Below, one piece after another: positions 56,390-64,000 of a DNA stretch of 64,000 bases (position 1 is the stretch's first letter; each line of letters opens with the position of its first letter). This stretch comes from the human T2T-CHM13v2.0 reference genome, Homo sapiens. The stretch lies in the NCBI RefSeq assembly GCF_009914755.1, contig NC_060926.1; one strand, 5' to 3'. The translations under genes and the position numbers were made by a program. The notes below the pieces were generated by a model, which ran no database searches, had not been told where the DNA came from, and was given only the letters and a program-made list of their open reading frames with translations.

Positions 56390-57063
56390 TATGATGGCTA
56401 AGCTATTGTGCCCAGTTGCCTGGTCACACACAAATCTAGATCTTTCTTCAGAGGTGCTTCTTAGATAAGACTAATGTTTAAATCAGTAGACTTTGAGCGA
56501 AGCAGACCACCCTCCATAGTGTAGGTGGGCCTCATCCAACCAGTTGAAGGCTTTCAGAGCAAAGACTAAGAGTCAACTCCCGCCTCCTGAGGAAAGCAGA
56601 ACTCTGCCAGCAGATGGCCTTCCCACTCCAGCTGGGATGCTTCTCTGGGTCTCCAGCCGCCCACCCTCCTTGCATGGTTTCAGACTTGCCAGCCTCCATA
56701 ATGGACACCATGGCTGACCCACTCCACCCTGTGGAAGCACACACTTCGAGGAGGTCTGAGGGTGCTCTCTGGGCAGCCCCATGTGCCCACCCACTCACCA
56801 TTCCATCTCTTTCCACCCAGATGGTGCCCAGTGCTGGTCATGCCAGGCCCTGTGGTGGGCACCAAGGTGCTGAGGTCAAGCACACGGGGGCACTTTCAGT
56901 GCCCGAAGTGTGCATCAGAGAAGCCCTGAGGTTCCAGTCCCTTAAGAGGAACCCCTCTCTCCTGATCCCCCCCTCCCTGCCTCTCCCTCTCTCTGTGTGT
57001 CCATCTGTATGAACATATGTATTCTATTCTATTTCCCTGGACCAATACACCCTGACCCATACA
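56390..57063 (+). mobile_element. MLT2 (ERVL) solo LTR carrying a 234-bp foreign insert
   Basis: 'tttaaatcagtagactttgag..gtgggcctcatccaaccagttgaaggc', 'ttcagacttgccagcctccataat', 3' 'accctgacccataca'; TSD tccta/cccta. Confidence 0.82.
56704..56937 (-). repeat. Right (inserted) arm of inverted duplication 2
   Basis: Reverse complement of 55187-55420; interrupts the MLT2 LTR. Confidence 0.95.
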
Positions 57064-58714
57064 CCCTACAGGGCAGTAAGGCTCTTTGGGGACAGGGGCA
57101 TCACCCTGGGCTTTCCTGGTGGGTGTAGTGCAATCCCAAGCCCCTTAGGGAGGGAGGCGAAGACTCAAGGGACACAGGGCCACAGCCAAGGGACTACAGC
57201 AGTTACCAGAAGCCAGAACTAGCAAGAAGGACTTCTCCCCAGAGCTCCGGAGGGCAGCGGTCCTGCCGACACCTTGATTTGGGTCTAGTGATGACTGATT
57301 TCAGACCTCAACGTCCAGAGCTTTGAGAGAATAAATCTCTGTTGTTTGAAGCCACTGGTGTGTGGCGGTTTGTTGCAGCAGCCCCAGGAAACGATGTCAG
57401 TGGCCGTGTTCCCAGGAGGGCAGGCGTGCTCTGGGCTTTTCTCCTCGGGGGTGGGCTGTGTGCTTGCTATCGAGAAAAAGTGAGGGCAGCCTGCTTGGGG
57501 TGCCCCCCTTCACCCACCCCAGAGTTCTACAAGTCTCTCCCCTGATGCCCCACTGCCTCCTTTCCTTCTGGGACAGAGCTGGCCATCACCTCCTCCTCCC
57601 GACACTGCCATGCAGCTTCCCAGCCTGACACAGTGCCGCCAATCCCAAAACAAGCACGGGTTAACCTATGTGGCTGGGAGTGTTTGCAGGAAGATCTGGA
57701 GAGCCACGGAGCCCGGCAGCGGGGCATGATTTCTTCCTGAGTCAGACTGGAGGGGAGGATGGCGCCTCTTCAATCACTCACTCTAACAACCCAGAGAAAC
57801 CCTGCAGCTCCAAAGCAGGACCCAGTGACACCCCACCCAGTCCGCACTGAGCCACCCTGGGTCCTGGGCCCAGCCCTGGTGTGTGGACAGCTGCCCAGGA
57901 TGCCTCACCAGCCCCACTCAGCCCACCTGCCTGTGCAGCCTCCAGGAGCAGGACGTGCAGGCAGCAGCTTAAACTGAGAGTCCCGGGGAGTAGGGGGAAG
58001 TGAGGACATTAAGGGGCCTGACCTCAGAGGCATCATCTGAATGGCCACACTGCCTGCCCCCCATGCACTCTGAACTCACATGGGCTTCAGGGAACCCCGT
58101 GACTTGGGGTGACAGCAAGTCATTCACCACAGCTGGATGGTGTGTGAGAGCGAGGCAGTGTGAGTCCGTGAGGGGCTCCATGTGCTGCTCTCATCCTGAG
58201 AGCGACAAGAAGCCACTGAAAAGCATTCAGCGGAGGAGCGTGTGTCCCAGTGAGATGGCAGCCTCCCGGGAGAGAGCTCACCCCATGCTGTGGCCACAGT
58301 GAAGTAACGCTCGTCACCAAGAGCAGCTGCGTGCTGTGTGCACTATGACACACTCCCAGGCATCACCACTCCTCGCACTGGGGACTGTCGCCCCATCCAC
58401 ACTGTCCTCAGCGGCATGCATGAGAATGTCTGCCACACAATTGCTCCCAGATGCCCACCAGTGGGGAAATGGATAGAAATGATGTGGGTGACAGGATGAG
58501 ATGAAGCAACGAGGATGAGGTCACCTTTGAGGGAAGGACGGAGTGGTGATCAGGAAAATAGGAGACACGAAAACACTCTTGGAGAAGAAAATATGATGAA
58601 ACTTTGTTTAAAAGTGCCAGAAAGATTTAAAAATAAAGCTAAGGGGATCTACAGGAAAGGAGAGCTGATGCAAGGAAGCACAAGAAAACCACCCTCCCCT
58701 CTGGAGCACACAGC

Positions 58715-58836
58715 ATTCAAGGAGCCACCTTGGAGCAGAGAGTAGCCCTCACCAGACATTGAACCTACCAGTGCTGTGATGCTGGACTTCCCAGCCTCCA
58801 GAACTGTGGGGAATATATTTCTGTTGTTTATAAATT
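58715..58836 (+). mobile_element. MST/MLT1 MaLR LTR 3' fragment
   Basis: 'gccctcaccagaca..tggacttcccagcctccagaactgtg..tttctgttgtttataaatt'. Confidence 0.8.
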
Positions 58837-61800
58837 CAAAACAAGAAAAGAAAATGGAAGGATGGATCCAGGATGTCTAACACAGGATTTGGAAGGCAAG
58901 AGGAGAGGGCTGCAGGGCAGGAGCTCCCAGCCTCTCCCCAGGCAGCCCAGCTTCCCCCTTACAATGAGAAGCGAGCAGGGACGCCACCTAAACCCTGTGT
59001 CGTAGCACTTCCATCTCCCAGAGAGATGGGCCACACGCAAGAGGTCCCTGCCCAGAAACGTAAGGAAAGTAGTTCCGTGGCCTGGATTGGTAAAGCCACC
59101 ATGTGTGAGCACCGGTCCACCTTGGCCAGGGGTAGAGGGCCTGTGAGAGCATCGACACTTGCTCTTTCATCCACCAGCCACACACTGAGAGCTCGGTGCC
59201 GGGCCGCCTCTGTGCTGCAGACTGGGATGCACTGGCATCCAACCTGCAAACACTGACAGTCTAGTGGGTGTCCTGTGGCCACAGCTGCCCGCATGTGAGC
59301 ATCCCGTGCCATAGGAAAGGTTTATTCTTCAGCCTCGTTGGAACTAGAAAATACCACAGGACGTCACTGGGAATTGAACAATGACGTGAAATCTTGAGCT
59401 CTTGAATTTCTCGCTTTGCAATCACTTTTGCACAACCAATTCCCTGTGGTTGTTGTCTTCTGGGGAAAAGGAGACCTAACTACTTCGTAAGCTTCTGTTC
59501 GGTTTTTACATTTAATTAACTACATGCTTCAGAGCACCTGCACCATGAATGAACGTCTCACTGGGGAGGCAGCAGAAATGGAAGGAGAAACGTGCACAAA
59601 ATGGAAGGCAGAGAAAACGCTTGAGGGAAACGTGTTATTTTCATGAGGCTGAAACACCTCAGCGTGTGTGTGGTGGGGAACTGTGCTCCTCACCCCTGGA
59701 GTTGCTTCCCTGTGGAGGGACCCTGCTGGTGTTGACCCCTGGCCGGCCCCTTCAGTCACTTGTCCCATGGGGAGAGGAGAGGCCATCCTACTGTGTGGCT
59801 AGGAGAGGAAAAGTGCTCTGGCCTGCCCTCTGGGCACTCCGCCAGACTGCAGTCACCCACGGGTAGCCAGCATCTGAGGAAGCCGGTGCACGTCCAGCAC
59901 AGGCTACTCACTGAGTCCCCTGAAGCTGAGATTTAGCATTAGAAAACTCAATTTTTACCAGAAATAGAGTCCAAATGTTGACATTCACAATCCCTCTACT
60001 TGCCTTTCCCTGAGCTGATTCAGAACTTGGGATGTGGAGAAGGGAGATGAGTACTGGGCTTCCTCATACCCCCAAAATTTGGCTAACAGGGAAAACCCTC
60101 AATTTCTCCAGAGTGTGTCTTGGGGGTCTTAGCTCCATCCCGGTATTAGCTCTACCCCTTCCACAGCCACAGGCTCCCCACGCCCTCTGCTCCACCATCC
60201 TGGAGCAAGTCTCCCGCAGGCACCACTGCTTCACGCCCCACCCAAATGCTCTCCTCTGCAGAAGCAAACAGTGCCCTCCATGAGGAGGCTCCCACCACAG
60301 CCTGGAGCTCAATAACTGTGTCCAACCACAAAGGGGCCAGCCCCTGGCTGCATCCGCCTCCCAAGTCCTGATCAGGACTTCTCACGGCATCTGGAGAAGG
60401 ACCCATTTCATTCACTCCGCTACGTTGCAGACGGATACTTTAGCTAAATATAATAAAAATAAAACACTAGAAAAATAAAATGAAAAACAAAGATACATAA
60501 AATACAAGCCAAAAATCTTCATTAGGTCTAACAGATGTAAAATTACTCCAAAGAATTACTACAACATTTTCTAGATGGTGTGTGACCTCTGTTCTGTCTT
60601 TATCTCCTTGTAAACAGCCCATGCTGAGGACTAATCCCATCAGAAGCCCATACTGTGAGTGGAGGTGGCCTGAGATGGCACTGTCTGCCAGGGAGGAAGG
60701 AGCACACAGCCCCGTCAGCCTCTGCAGGTGAGCTTGGCCTGCATCCGAGCTCAAAACACACCAGGCAATCTGACCAAACACCCTGCATTCATTCCAAAAA
60801 CAAATTGCTTTTCTGGAGCCATGAAATTAGCTTCTGGAGTAAAATATTAAATTCCACTGGCAAAACAGAATGATTTATGCTCTTTACAAAAGAAAAACAA
60901 CAGTACAGCTTTCGACTTCTCAAAATGATTTAAATCTCAACTTAGTTTCAACCCAGAGGGAAAATACAAAATAAATAGTAACCACAAGAAGAACTGCTGA
61001 AGTCTTTCCCCTCCTTCCTCAGGGGGCCGGGTGGGGAGAAGATTGCAGCATGTTGCGACCCTTGTGTGTTCTTCAAAGTCCAAAGCCAGACTCCCTGGGG
61101 GACACTTCAGGAACCTCAGAAGCCCTATCTGCTGCTGTCTGTCCATCGCCCTCCCCACACCTGTGCATCACGTCTGCCTCTGATGGGATTGGTCTCCAGG
61201 GCAGGAGCTGAGTGAGGGCCATGAGCAGTTGTGCCTTGTGGCCTTGGTCCCTTTTCTACCTGGAAGGCACTGCCTGGGAGCAGCCGCAGGGCAGATGTGG
61301 AAGCGCCACCACCCCGGTCAGGGCCTGAGATTTTCAGTCTTGGCGACACCAACAGTGGACCGGGCACACCCTCTCCAGGTCCCTCTGGCTTCAAAGACAA
61401 GCGGCATCATTCCACTCCCAAGTCAAGCAGCCATTTAGAAAGCAGCTACTGAGAGGCTGAGAGCTGAGCAAAGCCTCTGGCTACCTCTCAGGATTGAGGG
61501 GGAAAAGGCAGAGTTCAGGGCCTGGGGAACACTACAGGTTCCCCAAAGGGGCACAGTGGATGAGAAAAAGGCTCACCTCACAGACAGTGGCACAGCTTCA
61601 AGTCCATTCAGACTTAGTGGTCTTCCTCCTACTCTAAAAGCCTGCCAAAAACAAACATACACCCTCCCTGGAGGAATGTAACCTCCAAGACTTCAAATCA
61701 TGCCTGTGATCTTATGATACACATGCTGGCCTTCAATAGGAAAAAAAAAAAAAAAACCCTGTGCTAAAAGACAAGAAGTGACTGAAATTAAAAGGAAAAA

Positions 61801-61949
61801 GACATTAGAAACAGACCACTGGAGACCTAAATATTAGCATTATCAGAAATGGATATAAAAATAGCTGTGATTAATATGTTCAGTAAATATAATGATATGG
61901 AATTTTAGCAAGAATAAATCAAACAAAATTTCTAATTTAAATTTTCTTC

Positions 61950-63210
61950 CATGAAAAATGAAAACATTTGTCCACAGAACAGCTTATACAGGAATGTTTA
62001 CAGCATAATTACCCATAATAGTCCAAAAGTAGAAAGAACCCCAGTGCGAATCAATGGGTGAGTGGATAAATGAAATGCAGTATATCCAAGCACTGGAATA
62101 TTATGTAGCAATGAAAAGGAACAAAGTACTGATACATGCTATGACATGGATGAACCTTGACAACATTATGCTTAGTGGAAAAACATTGGGCCGGGCACGG
62201 TGGCTCATGCCTGTAATCCCAGCACTCTGGGAGGCTGAGACGGGCTGATCACGAGGTCAGGAGATTGAGACCATCCTGGCTAACACAGTGAAACCCCGTC
62301 TCTACTAAAAATACAAAAAATTAGCCAGGCATGGTGATGGGTGCCTGTAGTCCCAGCTACTCAGGAGGCTGAGGCAGGAGAATGGCAGGAACCTGGGAGG
62401 CAGAGCTTGCAGTGAGCCGAGATCTCGCCACCGCACTCCAGCCTGGGCAACTGAGCGAGACTCCATCTCCAAAAAAAGAAAAAAACATTGACATTGTGCT
62501 TAGTGAAAAACATTATGACAACCTTATCCTTAGTGACAACATTATGCTTAGTGGAAAAAATCCAGAAAGCTATATGTAGACACAACCAGAAATCTATATG
62601 TACAGATTTCACAGATTAAAAGAGTAAAGTCATATGAGCATCAACAGATGCAGAAAATGCATTTGATAAAACCCAACATCCATTCAGGAAAAACAATGTT
62701 AGAAAACTAAGAATAAGAGGTAACTTTCTTAATTGAATAAAGAGTATCTACATTTCCTATAGCAAATATTATACCTACACAGTGGAATACTGAAAACCTA
62801 ACCCTGAAATCAGGACCAAGAAAAGATGCCCGCTAATTACCCTAATTACCACTTCTACTTAACATTTTATTACAGGTACTACCCAATGCCCAAAGCAAGC
62901 AAAAAATAGCAAAAGGTTTAAAAACTGGAAAGGAAGAAATAAAACTGTTAATTCATATTTCTATATACCAGCAACAAAAAAATTAGAAAATGGTATTTTT
63001 AAAAGGCTGTCCACTTACACTAGCAGCCAAGAAATATCAAATGCCTAAGACTAAATCTAGCAAAGAGTGAGCAAGTCCTCTACACACAAACCACAAAACA
63101 TTATAGATGGAAACCTTAAAAAGATGCAAATAAATAGTCAATAATTCCCACAGATGGAAGTCTCCATAATGTAAACACGTCAGTTCTTCCCAAATTAATC
63201 AACATATTCA
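61950..63210 (+). mobile_element. Old L1M fragments (3' end and ORF2 pieces)
   Basis: 'atgaaaacatttgtccacaga', 'atggatgaaccttgacaacattatgcttagtg', 'agatgcagaaaatgcatttgataaaa', 'tcagttcttcccaaattaatc'. Confidence 0.8.
62189..62485 (+). mobile_element. AluY-like
   Basis: Full dimer; TSD AAAAACATTG at 62179-62188 and 62481-62490. Confidence 0.93.
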
Positions 63211-64000
63211 GTGCCCTCCAGTCAAGACCTCAGTCTGCTTCTCCCCAACCCTGTCAGTCTTGGCTGTGAGCTGAGCACAGGGCCACTAGGGCCGCCAGCT
63301 CCATGCCTGGGGAGCCCAGGGACTGGTTTACAAGTTCTCAGGTGTTACTTCCAATCACCAGACATTCCTGGCATCATCTTCAATGCGGTATCTTGTGCAT
63401 TTCCTGGTCAGTCCCTTATATACTTACCTTCTCCATCATGCCCTGAGGACACTGCCTGCAGCCACCTGCCCCATTCCAGTGGGCACACGCAGTGTCCAGG
63501 CCCCACTCTCCCCTAAAGCAGCAGAGTCTGGAATCAAAATGGCCCAAGTTCTTGTCCCGGCTCTGTGAGCTGCTCAAGCCATGCCCCTCCTGATCTTGAC
63601 CTTGCAAGGTTGTGATGAGAATTCAGTAAGATATTATGCAAGGAGCACCTGGCCAGTTACCTGACACATAGTAGATGTTTCAGAGAGGAGAGATGAGAGA
63701 TGGTAGGAAAACCCGCTTTGCTGTGGGAGCTCTCACAACTTCCTTCTGGGCTGTGAGATCTGAGGTTCTGGGTTTAAGTCACACTAACCAAGATTTTCCT
63801 CTCCCTCCTGAAATATTCTCAGCCCCCCTGTGCTTGTCTGTCCAGGCTTCCCCATAACACAAGTATTCTAAACATACTACTCTACTCCAGCCCAATGTAG
63901 AGTAAAATGAAGTCTTCAGAGTACAAATCGGTGGCAGGTCCCACCCAATTAAGACTGATTTCATGTGAGGATCTTGAGAGCCTAATAATAGCCACATGAT

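Larger units (their letters stand above)
56330..57397 (+). mobile_element. MLT1D-like MaLR LTR split by an MLT2 LTR
   Basis: 5' 'aatgtccccgtcctgatccctg'; 3' 'ctgccgacaccttgattt..gagagaataaatctctgttgtttgaagccac..tttgttgcagcagccccaggaaac'. Confidence 0.72.

Overview
Non-coding human genomic DNA: it carries AluYa5 and AluYb8 copies, which are essentially human-specific subfamilies. I find no credible protein-coding exon, RNA gene or CRISPR array; the long ORFs come from simple repeats, Alu/L1/LTR sequence or GC-rich chance. The window is a mosaic of interspersed repeats: 10 Alus, several L1s, about 14 LTR elements (ERV1, ERVL, MaLR), hAT and Tigger DNA-transposon fossils, and MIR/L2. It also has two long simple repeats and several short AT-rich, TAAT-dense islands that look like enhancers. 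The most unusual unexplained structures are two independent inverted duplications of non-repeat DNA (29819-30008 / 30566-30757 and 55187-55420 / 56704-56937), each enclosing an enhancer-like island. One arm sits inside an MLT2 LTR, which shows which arm is the copy. All Alu and L1 copies I could identify lie on the + strand. Repeat family names come from recalled consensus features and need RepeatMasker/Dfam confirmation. I could not determine the chromosomal locus.
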